Positions 1 through 14,470 of a stretch of DNA of 64,000 bases are shown here, piece after piece. Position 1 is the stretch's first letter; each line of letters starts with the position of its first letter. Source of the stretch: Cyanophora paradoxa CCMP329 (taxonomy: Eukaryota > Plantae > Glaucophyta). The translations under genes and the position numbers were made by a program. Below the pieces are notes generated by a model, which was given only the letters and a program-made list of their open reading frames with translations, was not told where the DNA came from and searched no databases. Where the stretch lies: NCBI GenBank assembly GCA_004431415.1, contig QPMI01000524.1, positions 1 through 64,000 of the forward strand, given 5' to 3'.

Positions 1-66
1 TTTTCTGCATCTGATTTGGGTGTGCCAAAGGCAAGGTCGGCCTTTGATATATATGTAATTATATGG

Positions 67-582
67 TTATTGCGACTGCCGGAGGTGGCTCCGGAGGGCG
101 TCCTCCAATTCTACGACGCGAGATTGGTGCTCCGCCACCCATCCGTATGCCTCGTTCAGCTTGGTCCTCACAGGGCACGACGGGCCGCATGGTGCGGCAG
201 CTGTGCGCGGGATGGCGTTGCACCAAACAAGTCGATCCCCGGCGAGAGCTTCAGATCCGGCGATTGCTAAGCGGAGGGCAGCGGCAGGCGACTCCTCAAC
301 TAGAGCTTGCTGGAAAAGTGCGGAAGCAGCAGCCTTCCTCGCTTCGACGGGGCGGGTTGAAGGGTCCACCTGGCCAGGAGCCAGCGCTGGCAGCTCGCGC
401 TCGAAATTAAAGCGTCTCGAATGAGCGTCGTACCAGTCGTCTAAGTTTGGCTGAACGACAGTGGGCGTCTTGTGCTCATGGTGTCCGCGGCGGTTGCGGT
501 TGATTGCCGATGGGGCGCTAGCGGGATGTGCCGAGCTACCGGAGGCTTCGAACGATGGCCCGGTCTTGGCACGTTTTGCCAT
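67..582 (-). CDS. hypothetical protein (171 aa)
   Basis: ATG-to-stop ORF with protein-like composition and a helical C-terminus (SRVVELEDALRSHL); no recognisable domain. Confidence 0.35.
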   Translation of the reverse strand: MAKRAKTGPSFEASGSSAHPASAPSAINRNRRGHHEHKTPTVVQPNLDDWYDAHSRRFNFERELPALAPGQVDPSTRPVEARKAAASALFQQALVEESPAAALRLAIAGSEALAGDRLVWCNAIPRTAAAPCGPSCPVRTKLNEAYGWVAEHQSRVVELEDALRSHLRQSQ

Positions 583-3210
583 TGCTGTCGAATCCGGAGT
601 TTATAACGTGGGTCCTGATTTTCAGGGTACCCGGAGCGCACGGCGTCCTAAGGCAAAAACACGGAAGGCTAGACGGCTCCGTTTACAGGGCACAACTCAG
701 ATGTCGAACGAAGACGATTACCAGGTTCTGCGGCGGGTGAGTCGCACTCTAGCAGTCAAGCACGCGCTGCCCGAAATCGTTCTTACTGGGCGTCCTCTAC
801 GCGCAGAGGCAGGCAATCGAGCTTGCGCACTGGAATGAGGAGAAACGGAACGAGGTTCAAGCGTGTCAACTCGCAGCTGACGAGGTGCGTGCTGCTCGGA
901 GGATCGCTGCGTACGTTGCCAGGTTGCCGCAGTGCAACTCAGCCGGGTTTCGGAAACGTAGGGATGCAGTGTCGTCGAACACCAGCAACCGGTTGAAATG
1001 TGGAGGAGACAAGAACGCCGCAAGGGGAAGCATAAGAAGCAGGGGAAACCGGCCTTGTCTGGCCGTGGCAGTGCGGACAGCAGCAACGTCGAACGGGCGG
1101 CGGCCGCAGGAGCAACAGCGACATGCGCAACGCCGGCCGGTCGTCCAGGCGGGACCATGGGAGGGGAAAGCGCTGCCGCCGGCGGCAGCATGCACAGGGG
1201 CTCGGGCACGGTTATCGCACCGGCCGGGCGACCCCTGGATGCGTTCCGCAGCGTACCAACGGCCTGTGCATCGATGAAGCCGACCGACAAGATGATCATA
1301 TCGGAGCTTGCCCGAGGCATCTGCCCTGTGTGCGGGGAGGAGGGCCAGCAGAACGCAACGAGTCCTATCCGCGCAATCGAAAGCGGCTTTGTGGTATGTA
1401 GGTTATGATATATAGGATTTCGGAAGAGATAACGTTGATGACGAGTGGGGCACAGGGGCATGTGCTCTTCTGCACGTCGGAGGGTGGAGAGCTGGGAGCA
1501 AGGATGAAGGAAGCGCTCAAGGAGGCCAGCGAGGCGATTGATATTTTCTACCGCGGGACGTCTGCGCATGCTTTCATCGAGGCTCAGCTCACCCATGAGC
1601 TCCGTGCCATAAAAAGCAGAATCGAGAGCTTCACGCAGACCACCTGTGTCGTCAGACCGAGCGGTGCTTGGGCTTCGCAGGATGTGCTCTCGCCGTCGCC
1701 AACTCTACGGTTAGGACACTGGCATTAATATTTTACGCAGCGTCTCGGCCCTCGTATGTGGCTGCGACGTGCACTGACCACAGCAAGGGGACGGAAGGGT
1801 CCGCAGAATACGCGTCGGCCATCACAATGCTGTGTGCGCGGCAATCAGAGACGCGAGATCAAGCGTGGAGCGGGAGCTTGGATTGGATGGGAGGATTTCC
1901 AGCAACTCGCCAAGCTTGATGGCGGCGCCTTCATCGTTACATGGAAGTGACGCTCTGCGGAAACTCGTTAGGACAAGGAGGGGAGACGCAACAATCAGTC
2001 AATCGATCCCCTGGATATTGCAGCCTTGCACCATTTCAGTTACTACGTCAACCCATCGTCACCCCGGTCGGAACATATCGTCAACTCCGGTTGCAAGCAT
2101 CGCGATCGGCCGTCCCCTACATTCCTCCGATGGGTATGTTATCCCTGCCGCCTCTTTTATTTCGTCGTGCCGTCTGATGTGAAGCAGCGGTACGAAGACG
2201 GGCAAGACTTCCAGTGAGGTGAGCATTCTTAGTTTCCGGCCCTCTCTGCCGCTCTTTACTAGACACATGAGTGGTTATAATTATGTGATCACTTGCGATT
2301 GCCATACCGATGCCTCTGCAGAAGGACACTTCTCACCTGAGAATCGGTGATCTCCGGAGTGCGTCAGTTGTCGGTCCATGCGGCCGGCAGACCAGTACAA
2401 TTACGTCACTCTTATCTGCACATGCAGTGTGCCGGGACACGATCGACTTCCTGCTCGTACGCTGCGCATCGTCCAGGCCGATTCAGTCAGCATCCTGGAG
2501 CTCCTCAATTCTACGAGCACCATCGTTAGTGCTTTTTCATCATAACGCGCCCGTAAGAACGGCCTCATGACAAGCATCTCGTCTTCCACGCAGGCCCGCG
2601 AATCATTGTTAACAAGCCTGGCATCCTTCAACTGAGTCGATCCCTGAAAGGTATCTCGTATATTTTGTACGCATGCATATAGGTGCGTGTCGAAGTCTCT
2701 ATATGATGTTCGGAATTCGGCAGTGCTCGTCGATGCCATTGCCGACTGTGAGACCGCGGAAATGGTGGCGTACTGCTCTAGATCTAGAGCTTTTGATGTT
2801 CATGAGTATTCGAACTCACACGGCCCTTACTAACAATTTGCAGTACTGTAGTTCTGTTTTCTTGGATGTCACCGGTAGTATAGATACATTGGGATTGCAT
2901 TTTTTCTAGTGTAATCGAGGGCAATTTACGTGGATGGTTGACGCTTTGAGATTTATGTTCCATGGCATTGAAGTTATAGCTCACACTGGCTGCTCCAGCA
3001 CTAGCTTGGTATCATGACATTTCGATCTCGTGCCCTCACCGTGGTACGGTGGTGCTGCGAGCAGCATGCGCGCTGACATTGCGAGCAACGAAATGGGGGT
3101 TTGAAAAGTCGCTCGATGATGCGTACCCCGTTGGTCTAATTCGTGCCGTTGCTAGATAAATACAGTTGCCCTTTCGAAAGTAGGGCACGATCCAGCGTAC
3201 ACCGGCAGAC

Positions 3211-3707
<497 letters not shown>

Positions 3708-6700
3708 AAAGAGAGAAGAGCCGTACGGTTATACCAGTATCTCTGGCGCACCGGAGTGCATGTAACCCGCAAATTCGATGGTGTTATGCCTGTATTGTGT
3801 TCTCAAGTACACAACGGCGAGCTCGCTGAGTGCATGAGACGAATGTTTGAGAGCAATTGCGCCTTTTTGTACGAAATCGTCATCATGATCACTCGACAAC
3901 CGACTGTGCTCGACACGAGTGACAGTGGGCAACTAGTGTATTAAATAGAGAGATCATTCATCGTCAGATGAGGCCTCAGAATTTCCTGGATCCGCTCGAG
4001 TTTATCGATGGCCCGATTGCCTTTCGATACATAACCCTCGTGAGGTCGTGAGAGCGCACGAGATCCTCCAATTCGTACACACGGGTTTGAAGATTTTTCA
4101 CCCAGGTCCACGCCTGCTCCAGCTTGAGTTTCACCGGCATGACTGACCGCACATGCTAGACATTTGCTGGTTGGCGCAGCACCAGACAAGGCGCTCTCCG
4201 CAAAGAGCCTCCGCACAGGCAATAGCGGCAAGCAAAACGGCCTGCGGTGACGTAGCAGCTAAGGCTTGCTGAAAGTGGGCTTTGGCCGCTGCTTTTTTAG
4301 CTACGGCTGTGCGCTTCGACGGATGGATTTCGCCGGGAGACAGCTGTGGTAACTCACGCTCAAAGTTATACCGTCGATTATGCGCATTGAACCAGTCCGT
4401 CGGCGGGACTGGACTGCTCTTTTTACACGGCTGTTTCCTGCGTCGGTGGTGGCTGACCCTGGTTGCCCGACGGGGAGCAGGTCGGCTGCTGTCGCGGTAG
4501 AAGGCTTTCAGCAGAGTTGCTAATCGACGCCGTCGGCTCAGACTTCTGGCGTTTCGACATTAGGTAACTGCCGATCGAATTAGGGGTACGTGCTACAAGC
4601 GTTCGAACCTGCGTTACTGCACGCGAGCTTACAGTAGCCGACACGGACACGTTGACGGCAGCCAGGGTGCAATTGGCGTTTCGACAAGCGATGGGGACGC
4701 AGCAGCACAGACAGGGTTGCTTTCCAAACGTAGGCGGATGAGAAACGCGTGCCGCACAGTGCCCCTAAAGCGTCGCCTGATTGAATACGCAGGCCCGCGG
4801 CTTGAAGAGGTGGGACATGAGCCATTGTCGTACTCTTCGAGTGCGATGGTACCTGTGCAGGACACCCGCTATTCGGATCCGGACGTCAACTACGAGATAC
4901 AATCGGAGAGAGCGTGCAGGGCGCAGGGACGTCGGCACATTAACGGAGTTTCCGCGTCCTTATGGGTATTATAAGCGTCATCCGCAAGCAGACATCGATG
5001 AGTACGTGCTGTGGTCGTTCATGTCAACCGAGGCATGATCTGAGACCGACGCGATGAAGACGTCGACGTCCAGTATACGTGTGCATATACATGCACCTCA
5101 TTCTGGACAGAAGGTTGCCGCGAGTGACGTGTGTCAAGGCATGATGTGTAATTAAGTCGCAGCGTGCGCAGCTTCGGGTGCAGTTTAGACCAACGTCATG
5201 TTTTCACGACAACTTCAAGTATTTCTGCCAGACCTTCAACCTATCAAAGGCGCTTTCGTGGTTGGAGGGAAACAATTGCAAGTACGGCCTGTCGACTGTC
5301 CGAGTCCGTAGGGATAGAGGACGGCGACTTCATAACCTACGTTATGGATGGCAAAGGGAGAAGCTGAAGCGGTGCGCGTGGTACATATGCATATAGGATG
5401 GGAACTCATGGATTCACGGAACAATTCACAGGGAGGAGGAGTTTGAGGCGTACGTTGAATGAAAGGACATCAGAAATTCGCGGGTCTGATTATCTCCACT
5501 TGAGCAGAGTGGACGAGGAGACTGCTATGGAGGTATGGATGACGGGCAGCGAGGGAGAGCGTACCATGCAGATGGTGGAACACCACGCAGAAATATTTTA
5601 GATCTGCGATCAAACAATGGCGGTACCGATGTTTGTGTGTGAATCGCAGGACGAAAGGTGAACGATCGACCGGAATGTACTGGTTGCCACCGAGACGAAG
5701 GTTGAGTTGATGCTCGGGGGAATGAAGAGATGCAAGCTCACGATCGTGCCCGTACCGCAGGTGTGTCTGCAAATGACTGTGATGGCGACGCATGATAGAA
5801 CTTTACATGACACATGTGATGTGCACAAGGTGACGATTCGATGAACGATAAACTGCGCACGAAGGCGAACAGTAACACGCTGGTTCGCAGTGTGTCGTTT
5901 CCGCAAGGACCTACGAACACCTTTCAGAGACGATGCGGCGCTTCACGGATAAAGTTATTATGCCCCACAGGCACGTATTCGCAGGGTATGACGCAGTTGA
6001 ATTCGAGTACCAAGGAGGCCGCTTCTGAAAGGGATACTCCGGAAAAACTAGAGATGAAACATGACGACGAAATTAAGTGCGTGAGCACTTACATGATGGC
6101 ATGCGTTACATGACGGTCGTGCACCAGGGTTATACCCACCTTATGGGGACAGCACATCGACTGCAGTCGAGCGCGCATTTCATATGTACAAGACTGGTTT
6201 GCAGCTGCCTCCGACTTCAGCTACATTCATCCGACGCGCCGTCCGACTCCAAATAGGGGGCGTACACCAGAACGCATTGTAATGCAATCATGATGTACTT
6301 CAGGACTCTAGCGGCACACTGAAAGGGGCCGAGGAGGACGAATACTGATGATTTGCAGTACTCAAGCAGGCATCTCAGAAGACAAGAGCTACGGCCGCGT
6401 ACAGGCGACCCGACGCGCGGAGCCTTTGCGGCAGGGCCGGGCGGACGCCGGGGTGCAGCGGTGTGAGCTTGCTGATTACAGAATGTGAATTGACACATGG
6501 CGATGAAGTGCACTAGCAGTCCCACGTATTCTATCCGCTCGATCGTTCATAGCTATCCGGGCTGCACCTAGGCACCATATGTAACTGATGACGGGCGCTC
6601 GGTTGAAGCATCTTAATGAGGTGCGGGCAAGGCGGGGCGGGGCTGGATGTGGCAGAGAAGGGCGGGCGGGGTGATGCACTGATGGGTGGGCGGGGCCGAG

Positions 6701-9700
6701 CCCTGCTTGGAGATTCTAATCTAGTCGGGTATATTGTCGGAAGGGCATGGCTGCCATCTTCCTGTGTTGTCTATTTCGACAGCGAGATCTGCAGGCGTTG
6801 TCTGGAATGAGGGTGTCAATAATTACGAGATGTAAAGGTAAATCGGCACAGACCCATCAAGGATGGACTTGAAGAACTCGTCAATGATGAGATCGTGGAG
6901 ACCTGCTTGTCTTTGGCAGAATTGGAATGGGCATTCCCTATGGAAAGGAATTCATTGTGATCGTGATCATGAGTGCAGGACGAATAGCTGACCAATCTTC
7001 ATTATGAAGGGAGAATATCAAGTGCTCGTTGAAATCGAAACACTGCGTCGGGATAAGAATAATGTGGAATTTATGATGGGAATGCGACCACGTACGTGCG
7101 GGTGAACGCAGTACACGGATTGAACTGGCACTCTGATACGTTCTGATGTGTAGGGACAGGACAGATGCAGGCGGAATTTCGTATCGAGTGCCCGAGCGAT
7201 AGCTGGCAGGCGTCTGGTGGTGAGACGTGAAGAAGTAGAGGTTGAAAATTTACGTAAGGGAAATACCAAATTCACGTCCGGCTTGCCATGGCCTGAAGAT
7301 GTGGATAGGCTCGATCTGCAGAAATCGTTGCAGAACCGTTCCATCTTCAACGATTATGATGCGATCAACAGGCGGTGTGTTTCTCAGAAGAGTAGTGACG
7401 TCGGAGAAGTGACTATAGTCACGGATCGGTCCTCTATAGTCATGTGGCTGCTCGATCCTCTGCATCGTTCCTCTGAACATCCCAGTGAGATCCCATGGCA
7501 CGCTTTTGTTTTCGCCATGATCAAGTAATCGGAACCTGTTGAAATATATAAGTTAAAAGTCGTCTTTATTTAGACGGCAGTCGAGGATCGGGCATGAGCA
7601 TGCTTACTTCGAGCCGGGTATCAGCCGCCCTGCGAATGAGCGCGCTTCGAATGTACGCCGAGCAGCGGTTGCAGCGCTTGTGTTCGCCTTGCTGGCGCTG
7701 GCGTTGGCGAAGGAGCGCGCCGTGCACGGTACGCGTTGCTTCGCGCTTAGCGGTGGGTTGGCCTAGCTGGAGATTGCGCTGGCTAATGAGCGCGCTATGA
7801 ACGATGCGACGACCTGCGCGTGTAGCGCACGGGGTGTCGTTCACGGCGCCGGGAATGCATGCTGTACCCCTAATTGCCGGACTTGACTCTTGCAGAGACG
7901 CCTAGGCATGTCGTTGACGAATACTTCGCGTCCATACTCGATTCCGGTTCCAAGAAGCGATCGAGAGGTATGTTCTCCGTGTGCTTGCTCCGTTCGCTGC
8001 TGATGCGAGTGCATGCTGCGATTTGCGCCATCGCAGATACGTCGCCCACATCCGATATAGTGCTAGCTGCTTCTTACGCGAGACCGAATCTCGATTTAGC
8101 TTCTTACCGCGACATTTCTGAATCAGTGAGAGTCAGCGGCCGCGGTTCCATCACCGTACTGGAGGCCATGAGCCACATGACCCCGACGTTTTTATAATCA
8201 AGAATCCCTGCACAGGCGCCATCGTAGCAGTACCACCTGGGCCTGCAGCTCTGCGCGTGAGTAACAACGAGTATACTTCTGCGTACGATGTGATTGCGTC
8301 CGTTCAGCTTACGGACTGTAATGGAGGTACCTGTACGCATGTAATCTTGGATGATGATCAACTATTAACCCCATCTTCACCTCAGAGTACGACTTGATGA
8401 TAAAGGCCTTCGATTGTGCTGGCAGTTGGGACCCCGATCGCCGGTGGGCCGAAATCTACATGAAGTGGAATGGAACGGTCGTCAAGCACGTCGTAAATCG
8501 ACCTGATGTGGATCCAGATGGATGGCCGCTGCATGATGATATGTACCACGGAATGTACGACGATGTCGGTCAGAATTAGGGCAAGGACGCGCGCCGTACT
8601 ACATATACGTGTTATGGCAGTCAGTTCACAGTTTCGTATCGATTACTGTTTCCTATCTCTGACACCTTCTATTCTGCGCTCTACTACTTAGTTTTGTCTG
8701 TATTTATTGAATGCGCACATTGGCACTTGCTACCCTCAGCTTGCTTCACTTGACTTCTATTCCAATATCATCCACTCATACTACCTCGATCCCTCCTCAC
8801 ATGTACATGTTTCGTACTATGCTAGCTGACTAGGCCTGGACTACAGTATAGTAAGCTTAAGCCGCCGGAAGAGAACTCTGCCGGGGTCCGATCCCTTGCT
8901 GCAACAGAGGCGTCGAATGCAGAGCTTACCACACCGCGGCCGCACCCGTGAAGATGCGCACATGAAGAATATGGGTCCGATCACCACCGCAAGGAGGGTT
9001 TAGAGATCACATGCTGTAGTTACTTGGGGTTGGGGGGAGTGAAAGAACTGTAGTAGCAGGGGTCGCAGGAGTTCGGCAGGAATAGTGTACGTAGCGACGT
9101 ACTCTGTTGGGGTCCGATTCCCTTGCTGCCACCGAGGCGTCGAATGCAGCGTTGAAGGCATCGTAAATCTCTGTGTGAGAAGCGGCAGACCGTTGTGTGT
9201 GAGCTGCCGCCTAGCGAAGAACTTGATGAGGTCACGTCGGAGCCTCTCGTACCAGGCGTAAACTCTGCCGCATGTGTAACCGCCAGCAGCGTACACATGC
9301 ACGTTCGCAAATTTCTTCATGAACTGGCCGCAAACACAGTATTAACTTTTCGGGTGAACTCGACACCAGCCGCGATGATCGTATAAAATAGAAACGCACG
9401 GGTGCACTCCTGAGGGAAGCAGACCGGTGTCCCCTTCGCAACCAATCCAATCCAGGTGACGCGCCTCAGATTCCTGCGCACAACATTTGAGTGTCATCAA
9501 AGTAGTTGCAGGACGCCAGCTGCGGAGGCAGGAGGCATTATGCACTCGAGTTCGGATCTTGATCGCGGTTAACGTCTTCGATGCCTGAAAGCGATGACGC
9601 AAGAACGCGATCGCGGAGGCCAGCAGTAGTATTTATTGTATGCGAGAGAGTACGTACTCCAGCTCCCGTGTCTTGCACGTATTTCAAAATCCGGGGCACG

Positions 9701-11984
9701 GAGTAATACGGATGATGCGTGGTTAATACGTGACCATTTTCAACGTAGTAGAATGGGTGCAGGAGGCCCAGTAATCCACGTTGATGGGAATTGTGTGCGT
9801 GATGAGGGTCATACACGCTGCAAACGTTGCGACGGGTGGCTAAGGTCGTCTCCTGGCACGTAGATTGCACATGCAGCGAGGTCGTACGATGATACTATAC
9901 GCTCAATAGTATTCGAACCCATGACACTGATCTGAGCAACAAGATTTGAAAATCAAAATGAGACCGTTCAGAATATTCTGCATGTAACAGGCACCTGCAG
10001 AGGTAGGACCCCTGGGGCATGATCTGGACGCCGTAGGCAAAAGGTGCACAGAAGACATCCACGTTTTATTCTTTGGTAGGTAAGGCGCGACTCGTTCTGC
10101 GGAGGCGCGGGCTGCAGCTTGGTAGAAGGCGGTGACAACGCGAGTGAATTCTGCAACGGTCGAGGCTTTTACGTAGATGTCGATATCGTTCCTGCAGGCT
10201 ACTATCAGGACGAACGGTTCGCGCTCACGTTTTCGCGCATGCATGCGTACAGTGCCATTCGGTAGGCTATCGGCGGGCACGTGATGGCTTTGAAGGGGAG
10301 GCCACCTGTGCGTGTAGAGAGGATGCGTATGTATGTATACGTAGGCATGGAACGATGAGCGAAGGACGGACCTGATATGAACACGCAGCTTGGTATGTCA
10401 GAAGGAAGGTACGAAATTAAGGCGTGGTCGCGGAGACGCTCCCGAAAGCCGCAGGGTGTGCATAAAAGCCGTCCATCACAGGCAAACCTGGTCCAATGAT
10501 CCCATGATCCCGGCAGCCATCGTCAATGGCCCTTCCGAGCATATCACCGCTCTGTAAAACTGGGAGTAGGAGCACGCATGACATTAGCTATAGTACCATG
10601 TGTTTACCGGATGCGCAAGCAAAGTATAGAACATGCGTGTGTGCGAACCTCGGTGGGCGCGATACATAGATCGGTGGTGGTGGGCTTGTACAAGGCACTC
10701 AGATTAAAGCGCGCCGCGAGATATGATGCTAGCTTTCGCCGAGGATGATTGATCGCGCCTGTGATATCGTACAAGTCGTACATGGCCGCCGAGGAACAGG
10801 ATATACGGAGAGAGACTGCTGACAGCTATTCTCGGAAGTGTCGCTGACGGAGCGATAGCACAGGGGCAGATGCTCGCGTCGGGAAGGATACTGGGAAGGA
10901 AGAGACGACGGAATGGTTTTGGGTATTTTGGGCTGTGACGCGGACGCCCTCATACGAGGGTACAGGCCCGAAGAGTAAAAGTGACCGTTGTACAAGCACT
11001 AGGAGAGATCACTGAGGCCAAACAATAGCGGCGCGTTATGCAGAGCGGAGAAGTGCCGAGAGCGAACGAGGAAGAGACGGCTTCGACCCCATAGGAACAC
11101 ACACGTCGGCAGAGTCAGCAACAAGCGCACGTAAGGCAGTTCAAGAAGCGGCTGATGATACGCAAACGGACAAGCGGCCAGAACCAGAGGTGCGTGTGCA
11201 TTTGCTGGCGGGATTGAAGAGATCGCCAACGAGTACGCCCATGCGCGCATCGGGCTGCGCAGGGAGACCGGAGAGATGATGATAGCGATTGCCCGTCGTG
11301 CCACTGGGCGGAAATCTGGCAGAGTGCGGAGGGTGCAGATCTGGCGTTGTGTAAAACCTCTGCATCTGAAAACGACTGACCGGCTGCTATTGTTGCGGCG
11401 TTGTAAATTGCAGGCAAGGCATGTAAGATGGCGGATGGCGAGGTGCAAGGCAGCGACAGCGACAGCACCAGTGACGACTCAAGTAAGTGAATCGAGAATT
11501 TCATGCCCGCATGAATTGCTATCAGATTGATGGCTTGCATTTCCGTATTGATTGCAGTACTGACGACCCGATATTCCAATTCTTCCTATTTCGGACGGGA
11601 CTCTATAAGAATGAACGGCCTCCTGACGAGGCTGCAGAAGGTATCGATCGAAATGGTAATTTTGACGGAGGCAATTGATGAATTGGCATCCAAGCGACCA
11701 GGAAATAGTTGCTCTGACATGAGAAAGAGCTCTGTGCACGCATGGTGTTCATGCAGTTTTTTAAGATCGAGCATCAAGCATCTTGAGACGGCAATCCAGT
11801 TATTTCCGAGTCAAGAACAGGCATAGGCCTGCGACTCTCGATGTGTATCCGAATATCAATCATAGTGTATGAAGTATAGAATTACAGGCTACATAGGGGG
11901 AGCGGCACGGTCCAGAGGGCGGTGTTCATAGGTGAGAGGACGTTGGAGGGCAGATGCATAGCTATAGGGCGAGGGGCAACGGCT

Positions 11985-14203
11985 TCAGTGACGACGCGTA
12001 GCCGGTGCAAATGTTCCGAATCGGAGGTCCGGGTCGGCGATCTTGAGGCCGCGAGAGCGGTCTCTAAATCCTATGCTCACAGACCGAGTCACGGGCGAAG
12101 GCTTCCCTATAGCACTGGAGGGTGCGGGGTGCACCTGCCGCAACTTGCATGCCTGATCATTGGAGAGGTCATCGTCGGCGGCTCGCACACGCAATGCGGC
12201 CCGGAGGCGGCAAAGGCGAGAGCGGAAGGAAGCAAGGACGTCGGGCTCCAGAGGTACCGGTAGCTTCATTTCGACCAAGTGAAGCTCGCGCAGACTGGTC
12301 ATGTACTGCGCAATGAGCTGCGGCGAGTCAGCAGAGAGGCGGGGTCGGAAGCTAAAGGTTTAGAAACAAGGCACTGGCTGCTACACCTTCATAATTGCGT
12401 CCACGACGAAGGGGGCGTTTCCAAACCAAATCCCGCGCCTCCATCCAGCCGTGCAGATGAAGGTGTGGACCTTGTTCAGGGCGTTCCAGGCACTGGGTTT
12501 GATCTGGGAGCAAATGCTGACCGCAATCTCCAAGTACTGCAAACGAGCGGGGAGCGGGGAGCGGGGATTGGAATGGATTGAATGCAGGGTTGTGGCGCGG
12601 ACTCACTCGCAATTCTGTGCAGCGCTCGATCACGCTCTCCATGGCGCCACCTTGGTTCTCATCTCCACGCTGACCGAAGTCGAGAGCGTGGAGGCGGGGC
12701 GCCAGGGGACAAGTGGCCATGGCAAAGTGTCCTCATCCACCTCATCGAGTACAAGCGATTGGAGCTGTGTGAGCGCGGGGATGACGTTGAGGCTCTTTGT
12801 ATGCTATCGACCTCATTGGAACCGGCAACGCCGAGCTGCAGCGCTGAGTGCGCGAAGGCGCTGTCAGCAGGGGTAGCAAGCGAGCTGGAGAGAGCACCCG
12901 GACATGCGCACACTTGAGGGCAGTAATTCGGCCTAGTGGGGCAAAGTCGGCGATGTTGCGAGTTCGCAAAGCGAGGTGCTCGAGGGTCAGTAACTGTACG
13001 AGCGGCTCGAGGGAGACCTGGAGAAGCGTGACCTCCTCTTCACCGTTGTCTTCATCATCTGGGTCCGCTCCGATAGAAAACACAAGGGAGAGTGCTGCGG
13101 CATCGTGCGGGTGCGAACATTAAAATGGTGATGATGGGTGCGGGGGCGCGTAGAAATACTAGGCAATGGAGTGGTGGCAGGCTGTGTTGTGCACGCAAGC
13201 GGAGGGAGGGGGGACGGGTCGAAGGGGAAGTGGGAGGAACTTACATTTTAGGGAAGGCTGACGAGAGGGCGGAGGCGTCAGGGGCAAAGTACGTTGTCTC
13301 CGGATACAAGTTCCGAATATGAATTGAAGATGCAGCTTATGGAGGTACTTCAAGGCCCTTTCGCCAGGAGGTCAAATGCATTGAATACGACGATTGGGAG
13401 CAGGCCGCCGCTAGAGGATGGCTCCGACAGGATGCTCGCCCGTAACTCTGTGAGAGCAGGCCCTTGGTTGCCAGGTATTCGAACGCAGGCTGGCTTAGCG
13501 ATATCTGATCGCGCTCCAAACCGTAGCGCGCATCTAGATCGAGACAGGTGAGGTTGACGAACGATGGATCGCTGAGGCACGCGACGTTCTCCGGCTTGAA
13601 GACGTAGGTAAAGCCATTCATCCCATCCAAGGCAAGTCGGATGGCGCGCAGAGAAGTCGGAGAGAAGCGGACGAACGGAGTCAAAACGCAAGTTTGGACT
13701 GGATTATCAAGGACGACTTCTGTGGGCCGCGGGTATGGCCGCTGGAATCTGGGAGGACGGTCCTGCGATGCAACGGCGTGTTGGATTCATGGGATGCTCG
13801 ACCTCGCAGGGACGCACTAGCAGTAAGATTCCATGTGGACATCCTCAATTCCGGCACCGCCGCTGCCGCGCGAATGCACGCATTGGCGAGGTCATCCAGA
13901 CGATGTTCCGCCTTTCCGAGGCGGCTTTCCACGGTCTGCAGACTGAAGAATGCCCGCGGCGCCCGCAGTAGGGTTCTGAACCGACGACAAACTTGCCCGA
14001 GCGGGACGAGCACGTGCATGTCAACGCGGTCGATGCGCTTTGATTCCAACGGATGCTCCGGCATAGATAAAAGTGATTCGGCGTACGAGCAACAGCCGCC
14101 GGGCAACACCGTCCCGACCACGAGCTGGCTTGCAAGCGCAATTATCTTGGCGAGTAACTCGTCCGGCAGACATAAGATGTTGACCTGCGGTTGCCATCTC
14201 CAT
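11985..14203 (-). pseudogene. F-box/LRR-like protein, fragmented by frameshifts or introns
   Basis: N-terminal F-box-like LCLPDELLAKIIALA...LGQVCRRFRTL; downstream LRR-like segments LEPLVQLLTLEHLALRTRNIADFAPLGRITALK and MTSLRELHL spread over several ORFs. Confidence 0.55.
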
Positions 14204-14470
14204 GAACAGATTATGACAGGGCATGTGATCACAAGCTATAGCGGCACGCGTACGCACGACATTTACATTCAGGTGGGAACTATGCGCAACACGTCGTCGC
14301 CTCTTTCCCATCTGCTGGAAGCTGAGCACTTCGAGCCCGTTCGGGGAGACTTTAATTTTTTGGAGGGGGCGTACGTGAACTGAGAGTGTTGGTGAACGAT
14401 CGGGAAAGTAGAGTTAGTTCTGAATTTGAAATTTTCGTCGTCCCGTCATTCGAGCTTCTGTCGACGTGCA